From positions 32,001-96,000 of the forward strand of contig CAVYBU010000030.1 of assembly GCA_963766735.1 (NCBI GenBank): a stretch of 64,000 nt of DNA, in the 5' to 3' direction. Under the pieces are notes generated by a model, which did not search any database, had not been told where the DNA came from, and worked only from the letters and a program-made list of their open reading frames with translations. Below, piece after piece: positions 31,678 to 42,153 of this stretch (position 1 is its first letter; every line of letters starts with the position of its first letter). The DNA is from an uncultured Chloroflexia bacterium (GTDB lineage: Bacteria > Chloroflexota > Limnocylindria > Limnocylindrales > CSP1-4). The position numbers and the translations under genes were made by a program.

Positions 31678-32808
31678 GTGGAGCCCACCATCCAATCGTC
31701 CGTCGGTCCGTCCCATCGCTCGTCCACGTCCGCATCGGAGGCGTCGTCCGGGCCGCAGCCCCGGGCCGGCGACGCGTTCGATGGCATGCCCGGCCTGCCG
31801 GACAGGTTCGGGCGCGCGCTGCGCGACCTGCGCATCTCCGTCACGGACCGCTGCAACTTCCGGTGCGGGTACTGCATGCCGGCCGAGGTGTTCGGGCGCG
31901 ACTTCGCCTTCCTGCCGCGGTCGCAGGTCCTCGACTTCGAGGAGGTCACCCGCCTCGCCGCGATCTTCGTGCGGCTAGGGGTGCGCAAGCTCCGGATCAC
32001 CGGCGGCGAACCCCTCGTACGCCGTGACCTGCCGGTGCTGATCGGGGCCCTCGCGGGAATCCGGACGCCCGACGGCGAGGCCGTGGACCTGACGCTGACC
32101 ACGAATGGCTCCGCCCTCCGGCCCCTGGCGGGCCCCCTCGCCGCCGCCGGCCTGCAGCGCGTCACGGTCAGCCTGGACTCGCTCGACGACGCCGTGTTCG
32201 GGGCGATGAACGGCGTGGACTTCCCGGTGGCCCGGGTGCTGGACGGGGTTGCTGCCGCACGGTCGGCCGGCCTGGCGCCGATCAAGATCAACACGGTGGT
32301 CCGGCGAGGGGTGAATGAGGCGTCGGTGCTGCCGCTCGTGCGCTGGGCACGCGACGAGGGGTTGGTGCTGCGCCTGATCGAGTACATGGACGTGGGGCAC
32401 TCCAACGGCTGGAGGCTTGACGACGTCGTGCCCGCGTCCGAGATCCTGGCGCTCATTGACGCCGAGCTGCCGCTGGAACCGCTTGCGCCGGGGTACCGGG
32501 GCGAGGTGGCCGGCCGGTACCGCTTCCGGGACGGGTCCGGCGAGGTGGGCGTGATCGCCTCCGTCACGCGTCCGTTCTGCGGCGATTGCACGCGCGCGCG
32601 CCTGTCGGCCGAGGGGCACCTGTACACGTGCCTGTTCGCGGTGGACGGGGTTGACCTGAAGACGCCATTACGCGCCGCCGAATCGGACGCGGCGCTGGAG
32701 GCCCGGATCCGCGCGGTGTGGGAAGCGCGGGCGGACCGCTACTCGGAGCTGCGGAGCGAGGCGACGGAGCGGTTGCCCAAGGTCGAGATGTTCGCGCTGG
32801 GCGGGTAG
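31678..32808 (+). CDS. moaA: GTP 3',8-cyclase (molybdenum cofactor biosynthesis)
   Basis: LRISVTDRCNFRCGYC radical-SAM motif, CGDCTRARL...C and C-terminal GG. Start uncertain (31669 or 31678). Confidence 0.96.
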   Translation: MEPTIQSSVGPSHRSSTSASEASSGPQPRAGDAFDGMPGLPDRFGRALRDLRISVTDRCNFRCGYCMPAEVFGRDFAFLPRSQVLDFEEVTRLAAIFVRLGVRKLRITGGEPLVRRDLPVLIGALAGIRTPDGEAVDLTLTTNGSALRPLAGPLAAAGLQRVTVSLDSLDDAVFGAMNGVDFPVARVLDGVAAARSAGLAPIKINTVVRRGVNEASVLPLVRWARDEGLVLRLIEYMDVGHSNGWRLDDVVPASEILALIDAELPLEPLAPGYRGEVAGRYRFRDGSGEVGVIASVTRPFCGDCTRARLSAEGHLYTCLFAVDGVDLKTPLRAAESDAALEARIRAVWEARADRYSELRSEATERLPKVEMFALGG

Positions 32809-32863
32809 GCTCGTCCCGCGAACCGCCGCGGAGATCTCCCGCGCCGACGGCTATGCTCGACAC

Positions 32864-33739
32864 ATGAGCGATGCCACCGCGCCCGTCGATCGAACCCGTC
32901 CGATCCCCCCGGCCGAACAGCCTGCCCGTCTCGCCGCACTCGTCGGAGCCGTCCGCGCGCGGACGGACCTGGTGCCACGGGTCGGAATCGTGCTCGGCTC
33001 CGGCCTGGGCAGCCTCGCCGACGCGGTGGAAGAGCCGGTCTCAATCCCCTTCGAGGATCTCCCGGGCTGGCCCGTGGCCACGGCCCCCGGCCACGCAGGC
33101 CGCCTGCTGTTCGGGCGGCTCGCCGGTGTCCCCGTCGCGGTGCTGCAAGGTCGCTTCCACCTCTACGAGGGCAACGACCCGGGCCTCGTGGTCCAGCCCG
33201 TGCTCCTGTTCCGCCAGCTGGGGGCTCAACTGGTCATCCTGACCAACGCGGCGGGCGGCACAAACCCGGCGTTCGGTCCCGGGACGCTGATGGTCATCGC
33301 GGACCACATCAACCTGACGGGCAGGACGCCGCTCCTGGGCGAGAACGCGGACGAGCTGGGCCCACGGTTCGCGGACATGACCGACGTGTGGACCCCTGCC
33401 CACCGGGCGGCCCTCATCGCGGCGGGTGTGGCGGAGGGCGTCGAGCTTGAGGAGGGGGTCTACGTGGGCCTGCTCGGTCCCACCTACGAGACCCCGGCCG
33501 AGGTCCGCATGCTGCATGCGCTGGGCGCCGATGCCGTCGGCATGTCCACGGTCCTCGAGGCGGTCGCGGCCCGCTGGGTCGGTCTCGAGGTCTGCGGCGT
33601 CTCGCTGGTGAGCAACGCGGGCGCGGGGTACAGCGGCCAGCCGCTGACCCACCAGGAGGTCCTCGAGGCTGGTGCGTCGGCGGGTCCGAGGCTGGCCCGC
33701 GTGCTCCGCCGCTTCATCGCGGGGCTCGGCTCGGACTGA
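32864..33739 (+). CDS. punA: Purine-nucleoside phosphorylase (trimeric type)
   Basis: IVLGSGLG, GRFHLYEG, TNAAGG, GPTYETPAE and VGMSTV motifs. Confidence 0.95.
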   Translation: MSDATAPVDRTRPIPPAEQPARLAALVGAVRARTDLVPRVGIVLGSGLGSLADAVEEPVSIPFEDLPGWPVATAPGHAGRLLFGRLAGVPVAVLQGRFHLYEGNDPGLVVQPVLLFRQLGAQLVILTNAAGGTNPAFGPGTLMVIADHINLTGRTPLLGENADELGPRFADMTDVWTPAHRAALIAAGVAEGVELEEGVYVGLLGPTYETPAEVRMLHALGADAVGMSTVLEAVAARWVGLEVCGVSLVSNAGAGYSGQPLTHQEVLEAGASAGPRLARVLRRFIAGLGSD

Positions 33740-33799
33740 CTCCACGCACGGTCCGCGGCTCAGGCCGTCGGGCCGATATACCCGGAGGTGACCCCGCTG

Positions 33800-34012
33800 C
33801 TACCGGCCCCCGCCGCCGGCGGCGTTCCGCGCCGCCCGATCCAGGATCACGCCCAGGGCAAGGATCCCGAAGAACACGCCGAGGAACAGCAGGATCATGC
33901 GGTCGTACCCGGACCACGCGGTCCCGGAGAGCCCGGCCAGCCCGGTGATGGCCGCCGCGATGACGAAGGCCACGACGCCGATCGAGGTGACGGTCTTGTT
34001 CGGTCGCTTCAT
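33800..34012 (-). CDS. Small two-TM membrane protein
   Basis: 70 aa with two hydrophobic helices; AGGAG upstream. Confidence 0.6.
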   Translation of the reverse strand: MKRPNKTVTSIGVVAFVIAAAITGLAGLSGTAWSGYDRMILLFLGVFFGILALGVILDRAARNAAGGGGR

Positions 34013-34115
34013 GCAGCTGATGTCTCCTGGTTGCGGTGGATCCTGGCGCGAATGCGGCGATGGGTCGGGGCAAGAGTACCGGGGGGAACGGTGGTCCGCG
34101 CGATGCCCGGACATG

Positions 34116-34146
34116 CCGACACCCCGCCACGAGGGCGGGGTGTCGG
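34116..34146 (-). terminator. Stem-loop downstream of the fasciclin gene
   Basis: Perfect 13-bp stem ccgacaccccgcc/ggcggggtgtcgg with a 5-nt loop; no U-tract. Confidence 0.55.
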
Positions 34147-34208
34147 GGATGGAGGAGCCAGACCGCCGGGATGGAGGTTCGCCCCGGCGGAGGATCGGTG
34201 CCGGTTGC

Positions 34209-34733
34209 CTACGGGAGCAGGACGGAACCGATGACGTGGATCACGCCGTTGGACGCGGAGATGTTGGTCTCCAGGATGCCGGCAGCACCCAGCTCTCCCC
34301 GGGAGAGCTTGTCCCCGTTGAGCATCTGGTAGCGCGGCGCGGCGAGCACGGACGTGGCCTGCCGGCGCCCGGGGGTCACGTGGTAGAGGAGGATGTCGGC
34401 CAGGGCTCCGTTGCCGAAGGCAGCGTCGACACCACCGGCATCGATGAAGTCGATGACGTCCTGCTCGCTGAGGTCAGTCTGCAGGATGCCCTCGAACGTG
34501 GTCACGAAGGCAGCGTCCGTCGGGGCGAACACCGTGAGCTGGCGGGTGCCGTCGAGCGCACCGGCGAGGCCGGCCTCGATGACCGCAGCCTGGAGGACGT
34601 CGAACTCGCCGTCGTTGACGAGGACGATGTCCGTGATGGTCATGTCGCCGGGCTTGTTGGATGCCAATGCCGGGGCGGCGATGGTGGTGACCGCGATGGC
34701 GGCCGCGGTGATGCCGAGAGCGATGCGGCGCAT
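34209..34733 (-). CDS. Secreted fasciclin (FAS1) domain protein
   Basis: Signal peptide, TVFAPTDAAF, ILLYHV and SNGVIHVIGSVLLP; AAGGAG RBS. Confidence 0.93.
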   Translation of the reverse strand: MRRIALGITAAAIAVTTIAAPALASNKPGDMTITDIVLVNDGEFDVLQAAVIEAGLAGALDGTRQLTVFAPTDAAFVTTFEGILQTDLSEQDVIDFIDAGGVDAAFGNGALADILLYHVTPGRRQATSVLAAPRYQMLNGDKLSRGELGAAGILETNISASNGVIHVIGSVLLP

Positions 34734-34783
34734 TGGGTTGACTCCTTTCGGTCAGGTGGCTGGTTGTCCGAGATCTGGGGTGG

Positions 34784-35599
34784 CTAGCGGCGGGCGCGGC
34801 TGGTCGCGAGGCGCATCGCGCCCACGAACGAGGCAATACCGGCCACGAGCAGGAGGAGCGCGAAGGATGTCGTGGTCGTGCTGGTCTCGGTGGCGCCGAC
34901 CGTGTCTGTTGCAGGGGCGGCGACGCCGTCCACGCCCACGGCGGCGGTCAGCGTCTCGCCTTCCAGCGAGCCGATAGCGAACACGCTGTAGGACGTGGCG
35001 GCCTCAAGGGCGAGCGGGCCCGGATCGAGCGGGCAGACCGTGTTGTCGGCGGTTGCGCAGACCTTCAGGTCGTAGCTTCCGGGCGCAAGAGTCAGGTAGT
35101 CGGTCTTGTCGGGGTAGGAGAGGTTCTCAACCACCTTGGCCGAGCCGTCCTGGGTGAGAACGTCGACCGCGGGCGTGTCGGCCGAGAAGTGGACGACGCG
35201 GACCTGGGTCTTGCCGGCCTTCGGGGACGGGGTGTCGGTGATGATCTGGGCCTCGATCGAGGCGAGCACGTTTGTGGCGGCGATCGTGTAGTGGGTGCCG
35301 GCGGCGAGCGCGACGCCATCAGCAACGATGGGGCAGACGGTGGCGTCGGCGGTGGCGCAGACCTTGAGGTCGTACGTGCCCGCGGGCAGCTTCACATAGG
35401 CGGACAGGTCGCCGAACTCGAGGCCGGCGAGCGGGTCGCCCACCTTGTCTCCGTTGACGTAGACGTCCACCGCCGGAGCGTCCGGCGATGCGTGGAGCAC
35501 GCGCACCATCGCGTCATCGGCTGCGCCGACGGGGCTCGCGATGGCGGCGAGCGCAAGGGCGGCGACGATCGCCGCAGGTCGAGAGAGTCTCTTGGACAC
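34784..35599 (-). CDS. Secreted DUF4397-domain protein with C-terminal membrane/sorting segment
   Basis: Two repeats VRVLHASPDAPAVDV / VRVVHFSADTPAVDV; C-terminal APATDT - spacer - TM - RARR. Confidence 0.88.
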   Translation of the reverse strand: MSKRLSRPAAIVAALALAAIASPVGAADDAMVRVLHASPDAPAVDVYVNGDKVGDPLAGLEFGDLSAYVKLPAGTYDLKVCATADATVCPIVADGVALAAGTHYTIAATNVLASIEAQIITDTPSPKAGKTQVRVVHFSADTPAVDVLTQDGSAKVVENLSYPDKTDYLTLAPGSYDLKVCATADNTVCPLDPGPLALEAATSYSVFAIGSLEGETLTAAVGVDGVAAPATDTVGATETSTTTTSFALLLLVAGIASFVGAMRLATSRARR

Positions 35600-35682
35600 C
35601 TGGGTTCTCCTTGTGGTCTGCCGGCCGGGGTCCACGTCTGGGAGCCGAGCCGTGTGGCAACCTTTGTCTAAGGTCTGCGCAG

Positions 35683-35711
35683 AGAATAGACACACCGGAG
35701 AAGGTTGTCAA
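35683..35711 (-). promoter_or_regulatory. Near-consensus sigma70 promoter for the DUF4397-fasciclin genes
   Basis: TTGACA - 17 nt - TATTCT in an AT-rich patch. Confidence 0.8.
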
Positions 35712-35864
35712 GTGTTTGTTCAAACGTCTGGGGCGGACCCGTCTACAGATACTGGACGAGCACGGGCAGCGCACCCTCCGGTCGGTGGCGGCCCGGGGAA
35801 GACCGGCTCGGACAGATGGCGGACCGGCTGCACCGCGCGCCGGACCGCCTGCACTGCGGGGAGG

Positions 35865-36722
35865 TCAGCGAACGGGCAGGTTCCGCCCTGGGGCCCTGGT
35901 CTCTTCGCGCTTCTGGGCCCAGGCGGCGAGCACGTTGTCCTTGTGGGGACGGATCGGGCAGTGCTCGTCGCGGTTGTTGAACTCGTCGCAGTAGCCCAGC
36001 GGCACGCACTTGGGAGCGAGGAACGACCCGAGGAACGGCGACACGCCGAAGACCTCGTGGCGGATCAGCTGGAACAGCCGACGGATCTCCCACTGGGCCA
36101 TCGTGCACAGGCGCAGGCCGGACATGTGGATCAGTGCCCGCAGATTCGTCGTCATGACGAGGTTCGTCCGGGTGGCGTTCGGGAACACGAAACGCGCGTC
36201 CTCGCCCGGCACGCCGGCCTCCAGCAGCTCGCCGTAGAGGCCCAGGGCTCCGTCGACCTGCTCCTCGAAGCGGGCACGCAGGCCCGCGTCTCCCTCCGCG
36301 ATCGTCGCCGGGAGCATGGTGGCCGCCCCCTTGAACTTCACGTACCGCTGGCTCTGCTGGTCGAAGGCAACGCCCGCGCGATGGCGCACCAGCTGGTGCG
36401 ACAGCGTGCGTGACACGCCCGACAGCGCAAACGTGAACACGATGTGCTCGATGGTGGAGCCGTGGCCGGACTCGATGACGTTGGAGATCAGCCGCTGCAT
36501 CGACTCCGGCGCGACTTCGCCGGCCACCGCGCGCCGGAAGATCTCCTGGGGATCCAGCTCCGAGTAGCAGGTCCGACAGGCCGTGTAGACCAGCGGTACG
36601 TAGAAGCGCTCCACGATCTCCCGGTCCGGGAACAGGAGCGTTGCCTTCATCCCAAGCTCGTGGCGGCCGGGGTTGCGCGGGATCCCGGACTTCGTGCGCT
36701 GGGGCGCGGGGGCGTCTGCCAT
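35865..36722 (-). CDS. thyX: FAD-dependent thymidylate synthase
   Basis: GHGSTIEH, SHQLVRHR...DQQSQRY, EDARFVFP and AQWEIR motifs. Confidence 0.95.
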   Translation of the reverse strand: MADAPAPQRTKSGIPRNPGRHELGMKATLLFPDREIVERFYVPLVYTACRTCYSELDPQEIFRRAVAGEVAPESMQRLISNVIESGHGSTIEHIVFTFALSGVSRTLSHQLVRHRAGVAFDQQSQRYVKFKGAATMLPATIAEGDAGLRARFEEQVDGALGLYGELLEAGVPGEDARFVFPNATRTNLVMTTNLRALIHMSGLRLCTMAQWEIRRLFQLIRHEVFGVSPFLGSFLAPKCVPLGYCDEFNNRDEHCPIRPHKDNVLAAWAQKREETRAPGRNLPVR

Positions 36723-36741
36723 GGGCAAAGTCTATGCGGCC

Positions 36742-38067
36742 CTACGCTGCGGCGCGCGTTTCAAGGACCCGGCGGTCGACCTCGCGGAACCACACCCAGT
36801 ACAGGATCGTGGCGATGGTGTACAGGGTGATGATCGTGATGAAGCTGACCGTGTAGCCGGCCTCGAACCCCAGCGTGGCCTGGAGGGAGGCGTACCAGAG
36901 GCCGCCGATGATCCACCCCACCTGCCACAGCACGCTCATCGCCGCGGACAGTGTCGCCCGCTCGCCCGGCGACACACGCTCCATCGCGAACGCGTTGAAG
37001 ATCGGGTTGCCGGCGTTCATCAGGGAGTTCCGCACCGCCATCGCGGCAATCACCATCCACAGGACAGGGGAGAACCCGAGGACCACCAGGAACGGGATGC
37101 TGGCCCCCTGGACCAGCACGACGGACGTGATCTGGCCGAACCGCCGGGCCAGCCGGGGCTGGAAGAGGATCGCCGCGAGCGTCCCGAGCGAGGTCAGGGC
37201 AAAGACGGCATTGAGCGATGCCAGGTTGAGCCCGAACTTCACCTGCACGAACAGGTTGAGGAAGGGGATCACCTGGCCGGCCCCGATTGAGATGAGCAAC
37301 CCCGGGAACAGCAGCCTGGCGAACAGAGCCCGGTCGCGGACCGTGATCCCGAGCCATGTCCGCGAGCGGCGAGGATGGTCCGGGAGGGCGGCCGGATCTG
37401 CGTGTGGCCCCAACTGCTGCCGCAGCCTCGCCCTCGGCCGATCGTCGGACAGCAGTCCCACGGTGGCCAGGCCGGCTGCAGTGAGCAGGGCCATGATGAT
37501 CAGGATGATCCGGTACGTGCCCGACCCTGCCGGGTCCAGCCCGAGAGAGATCGCGATCAGCCCCGCGACCAGGCCGCCGAGGACGGCCGCGACGATGTTG
37601 GTGAAGCTCTGGATCGCAAACTGCATGGCGAACAGCTCGTTCCGGTGCGATGGCTCGCTGTGCTCCGTCAGGTATGGCGCGATGACCACCTGCATGGCCT
37701 GGCTCCCGGCCGTGAACAGGCAGGCGGAGACCACGATCACCGGCAGGGCCTCACTGGCGATCAGGCCGAGCAGGGCGACCAGCCCGACGGCCATCCCGCC
37801 GCCGATGACCATCCGCCGCCCGACCCGGTCGGACGCTGCGCTGGCTGGAAAGGCGACCAGCGCGCCCGCCACCGAGGAGACGGTCGACACCAGCCCGATG
37901 GTGGCGGGCGAGAGCCCCAGCGAGGCCAGGTAGAGGTTGAAGTCGATCCAGTACAGGCTCATCGCCGCGCCGGCGACGAGGGTGGTGACGAGGATGATGC
38001 GCGCATCGCGATGGAAGCGGCCCCACGCCCCGTGGAGGAACGGTCCGAGCCGACCGGAACCGGTCAC
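36742..38067 (-). CDS. MFS transporter
   Basis: About 12 TM helices; SDRVGRR motif A and LARRFG. Confidence 0.9.
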   Translation of the reverse strand: MTGSGRLGPFLHGAWGRFHRDARIILVTTLVAGAAMSLYWIDFNLYLASLGLSPATIGLVSTVSSVAGALVAFPASAASDRVGRRMVIGGGMAVGLVALLGLIASEALPVIVVSACLFTAGSQAMQVVIAPYLTEHSEPSHRNELFAMQFAIQSFTNIVAAVLGGLVAGLIAISLGLDPAGSGTYRIILIIMALLTAAGLATVGLLSDDRPRARLRQQLGPHADPAALPDHPRRSRTWLGITVRDRALFARLLFPGLLISIGAGQVIPFLNLFVQVKFGLNLASLNAVFALTSLGTLAAILFQPRLARRFGQITSVVLVQGASIPFLVVLGFSPVLWMVIAAMAVRNSLMNAGNPIFNAFAMERVSPGERATLSAAMSVLWQVGWIIGGLWYASLQATLGFEAGYTVSFITIITLYTIATILYWVWFREVDRRVLETRAAA

Positions 38068-38125
38068 GCTTCTGCCGGCGCGTTGGGGAGGTCGCCCCGG
38101 CGCCGCTCCGGACCCAGGGTCATCG

Positions 38126-40205
38126 TCACACCAGGATGCGCGGGATCCGCTCCGACCACGCACGGGCGAAGAAGGGCTCGTCGTCCAGCCGAACGTCCAG
38201 ATCCACCCGCACGTCGAACGCCGTCTCGTCGGACGCGATCCCTCCGGTCGCCCGGATGTCCACGTCGAAACCGGGCCCTGTCCAGTGGTATGCGACCACC
38301 GTGTCGAGGTGGGTGTTCGCAGGGTCCGGGTCCGAGGCCGTGAGGACCAGCCGCTCCGAGGAATAGACCCGGGATCCATCCTCGAGGAGTACCGCGCCGC
38401 CCTCGCCGATCGTGACGGCCACGGCGCCGTTGATGACGTCCTCCTCGATCCGCCAGACCGCCGGCTCCTCATCGCCCCCACCCACGTCGCGCAGGCCCGC
38501 CGGCGTCAGCTTGAACGGCGTCGGCGTCCAGGGTTGGGGCCGCCGGAGGGAGGACCGGCAGCATGAGCCGGGACGGGGCGAGATGCCCGTGGTGGACGCG
38601 GAGGTCGCCCGACAGCGGGGAGGGCCAGAGGACCGGCCAGTAGCTCGTGAGGACGGTCAGGCGGATGCGGTGGCCCGGGGTGAACCGGTAGCCCGTGGCG
38701 CGGAGCGGGATCCGGACCTCCTCGGAGTGCTCGCTCCCGGCGGGCTCGACGGGCATCGGCTCCGGATCCGTGTCCGACCGGCGGTGGGTGAGGTTCAGGA
38801 CGCCGGTTGCCACGAGCGAGGAGACGCCCGCGGGCGAGACCTCGGACAGGCGCACGACGCAGGTCGCCACCGGCATGGATGCCGAGACGTGCAGGACCAC
38901 CTCCGGGATGCCGATGACCGAGATGCCCTCTCCCAGGGGCGGCGAGGTGTAGGTGAGGCCCCGCATCTCATCGGGGCGCAGGTCCCGGGCCAGGCCGTTC
39001 GGGTGCCAGCCGGCGCCCCAGGAGAGCGCGCCGGAGGTGCCAACCGTCGCGCGGTGCCTGATGGCGCGCACCCCGCCGGCTGATGGGGGCCCGTCGCTCA
39101 GCGAGCCATCGCCCAGGAAGAGCTCCTTTGCCGCCGTCCCGGGCACGGGCAGCGCTTCGGCCGCCCGCCATCGGCCCGGCCACGCGGCGGGGAATGCTTC
39201 GGGCTCGGCCCACGTGTGCTCGAACCAGGTCACGGCGGGCTCTCGCTCCCAACCGTTGTCGATGCCCTTCAGGTAGCGGTCGAAGAAGCGGACCATCTCG
39301 TGGAGCCAGTCCAGGTTCGGCCCCGGATAGGCGTCGTCCGGGTAGGAGTGGATCCAGTTGCCCACGAGCGTCCTGCGCGGGGCATTTACGCAGCGCTCCT
39401 GGATCCGGAACGCGGGGTCCACGTAGGAGTCGTTCCAGCCGGCGACCTGGAAGACGGCACAGCCGAGGGCCTCGTAGTCGGGGGCCAGGGACCCGGAGCG
39501 CCAGAACGGTCCGTCGGTCTGCTCGCGGATCCAGGGGAACAGCCACGGCGGGGTCTGCTCCAGGCGCTGTCGCCACTCGTCGCGCCACCCGTCGCCGCGG
39601 AAGGCGGGCAGCGGCGGCATCGCGTTCATCCCCAGCTGGCTGACGGCGTACTGGCACTTCTCGCTGGCCGTGACGCAGCCGCCGCGCATGTGGACGTCGT
39701 CGCGGTAGCGGTCATCCGTGGCGTACATCGGCAGGATCGCGCGCAGGTGGGGCGGACCGAGCTTCGCGACCTGGATGGAGGTGAAGCCGCCCCAGCTGAT
39801 GCCCCACATGCCGACGTTGCCGCTGCACCAGGGCTGCCCAGCCAGCCACTCCACGGCGTCGTACCCGTCGAGCGTCTGCTCATCGGTGTACTCGCCCTCC
39901 GCGATCCCGGGGGAGCTGCCCGTGCCCCGGACGTCCAGCCTGCACAGGGCGAACCCGCGGGCCGCGAGCCACTCTCCGCGAGCCACGTCCGCGTTGCGTC
40001 GCCAGTTGTCCTTGCCGTACGGGATCATCTCGAGGATGACCGGGAACCGCTCACCTGGTGCATTCGCGAGGGGTCGCGGGAGCCAGAGGTTCGCGCTCAG
40101 CTCGAGGCCGTCCCGGACCGGGACGCGGACATCCCAGCGGACGTCGTGGTGGTACCGGGGCTGCGAGGCGGGGCGCAGGATCTCTGCAGGGTCGTGGTCG
40201 GGCAT
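38126..40205 (-). CDS. CocE/NonD family hydrolase (S15 peptidase-like); +1 frameshift near 38528
   Basis: VRDGLELSA, PYGKD, DVRGTGSS, GISWGG nucleophile elbow, GWND and GNWIH. The C-terminus continues in ORF 38126-38485. Confidence 0.9.
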
Positions 40206-40289
40206 CTCCCTGCGAGTCTATGCGCGCGGCGCCCGGGATGCCCATCGGTCTGCCTGTCGAGCTCCTGGATCCTGTGGCGCCCCGAGCAG

Positions 40290-41315
40290 CTACGGTGCCC
40301 CGAGCGCCCCGGCGAAGAACTCGATCAGGCGGGACTCGTACCCCGCGGGATCCACGTAGACGCCCTGCGTGTGGCCCGCCCCCGGCACGATCCAGGCGTC
40401 CGGCGTGGTTGCACCAGCGGCAACCGCGCGGTCGTGCAGCTCGACGGCCATGGTTGCCGGCAGCACCGCATCGTCCGCGCCGTGGACGAAGGCGATCGAC
40501 CGGCCGGCGTACTCCTCCACCTGGTCGATTGGGTCGAACCTGGTGAGATCGTCGCCCGCGATGATCCGTGCCCAGAGGAGCGCACCCGGCACGAGGATGC
40601 CGGTGATCCCCGAACCGTCCTTCATCTGGTCCTTGAGGAAGAGCCGGATCCCCTCGTACATCTCGGTGGGCGAGGAATCCGCCCACACCGCTGCCACCTG
40701 CGGCTCCTGGCCGCCGGCGACGATCGCGTTGACCGACCCGAACGAGAACCCGAGCAGGCCGATGCGCTCGGCGGGAACGCCCTGCGACCGGACCCAGTCC
40801 CAGCCGCCCAGGACGTCCAGGTACTCCTCGCTGCCGCCGGCGAAGCGGGCATCATCGCCCTCGGAGTCCCCGTGGTCGCGGATGTCCATCAGGAACACGG
40901 AGAAGCCGTTCCGGTGGAGCATCCCGGCCGCGAGGAGCACGCTCGCCTCCCTGCGGCACGACTGGACCCCGTGCACCAGGACCACCGCCGGGGCATCGGC
41001 CGACTCGGCGGGGATCCACCAGCCGGCCAGCTGCGCGTCCGGGATCTGCGGGTCCCGTGACGTGAAGCTCACGTCCTGCGGGGCCGGCATCGGGTTGGCC
41101 GCGGGGAGTCCCTGGTCAAACTCCTTCGGCACCGTGTATCCGGTCGGCGTGTTCGCCACGTCCCCGGGCCAGCACGCCCGCGGCGCCTTGCCGACACCGT
41201 CGTAGACCATGAACGAGACGGCTCCGTAGCCCAGGACCGCGATGACGGCGATCACCGCCAACGCGATCAGGACCCATCGTCGTCGTCGGGAAGGACGCGA
41301 TGCGGTTGTGCTCAT
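40290..41315 (-). CDS. Membrane-anchored alpha/beta hydrolase
   Basis: N-terminal TM; LVHG, RDHGDSEG, GFSFG, HGADD and GAGH motifs. Confidence 0.88.
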   Translation of the reverse strand: MSTTASRPSRRRRWVLIALAVIAVIAVLGYGAVSFMVYDGVGKAPRACWPGDVANTPTGYTVPKEFDQGLPAANPMPAPQDVSFTSRDPQIPDAQLAGWWIPAESADAPAVVLVHGVQSCRREASVLLAAGMLHRNGFSVFLMDIRDHGDSEGDDARFAGGSEEYLDVLGGWDWVRSQGVPAERIGLLGFSFGSVNAIVAGGQEPQVAAVWADSSPTEMYEGIRLFLKDQMKDGSGITGILVPGALLWARIIAGDDLTRFDPIDQVEEYAGRSIAFVHGADDAVLPATMAVELHDRAVAAGATTPDAWIVPGAGHTQGVYVDPAGYESRLIEFFAGALGAP

Positions 41316-41413
41316 GGCGCAGGCCCCCTGTTCCGTGTTGCACTGAGAGCGGTTGCTGCCCGTTGCGGGCGGACAGCGACGACTGCCTGCCCCGAAGACG
41401 CTACCTTCCCCCA

Positions 41414-41986
41414 ATGCGTGACATCAGCCGCCAAGCGCGCACGGTTGGCCCCTGGCGCCGCAGGAGCCGCCGCCTCGCCTACTCCAACCCCTGGCTGGAG
41501 GTCTACCACGACGAGGTCGACCGCCCCGACGGCAGCGAGGGCATCTACGGCGTCGTCCATTTCCGGACGCGGGCCGTGGGCGTGGTGGCCGTCGCGGACG
41601 ACGGACTGCTGCTTCTCGTGGGTCAGTACCGGTACACGCTCGACGAGTACAGCTGGGAGATCCCCGAGGGCGGCGTGGAGGACGGGGAGGCGCTGCTCGA
41701 GGGCGCGCAACGGGAGCTCCGCGAGGAGACGGGCTACGACGCGGCGGAGTGGCGGCAGCTGTGCCGGATGACGGTGTCCAACTCCGTGACCGACGAGCGC
41801 GGCGCGATCTTCCTGGCGACGGGCCTGCGCGCCGGTGAGGCGGCTCCGGAGCCGACCGAGGACCTCACCCTGCGCTGGGCGACGCTGGACGAGGTCCTGG
41901 CAGAGATCGGTTCGGGCGCGATCCACGACGTCATCACGCTCGCGGGCGTGAGCCGATACGCGCTGGAGCTGGCACGCCGCGCCTGA
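41414..41986 (+). CDS. NUDIX hydrolase (ADP-ribose pyrophosphatase-like)
   Basis: QYRY, WEIPEGG...AQRELREETGY Nudix box. Confidence 0.92.
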   Translation: MRDISRQARTVGPWRRRSRRLAYSNPWLEVYHDEVDRPDGSEGIYGVVHFRTRAVGVVAVADDGLLLLVGQYRYTLDEYSWEIPEGGVEDGEALLEGAQRELREETGYDAAEWRQLCRMTVSNSVTDERGAIFLATGLRAGEAAPEPTEDLTLRWATLDEVLAEIGSGAIHDVITLAGVSRYALELARRA

Positions 41987-42060
41987 TGCAACGCAGGCTC
42001 GCTGGGATCCGTCCGGCCCCCGCGTCGCATCCATCGGCAGTTGAAGTGGGGCGGTCTGTT

Positions 42061-42075
42061 GTATAACGGTTACAC
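42061..42075. promoter_or_regulatory. Candidate palindromic operator GTATAACGGTTACAC upstream of the ABC operon
   Basis: Near-perfect AT-rich palindrome next to TTGAAG/TATAAC promoter-like elements. Confidence 0.45.
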
Positions 42076-42153
42076 CATTCAGCGCCGAGCGCGGCATGGA
42101 GGACGTCCCTGGATGGGCTGACAGCAGCCCGCGGACACTGGAGGAGACACCTG

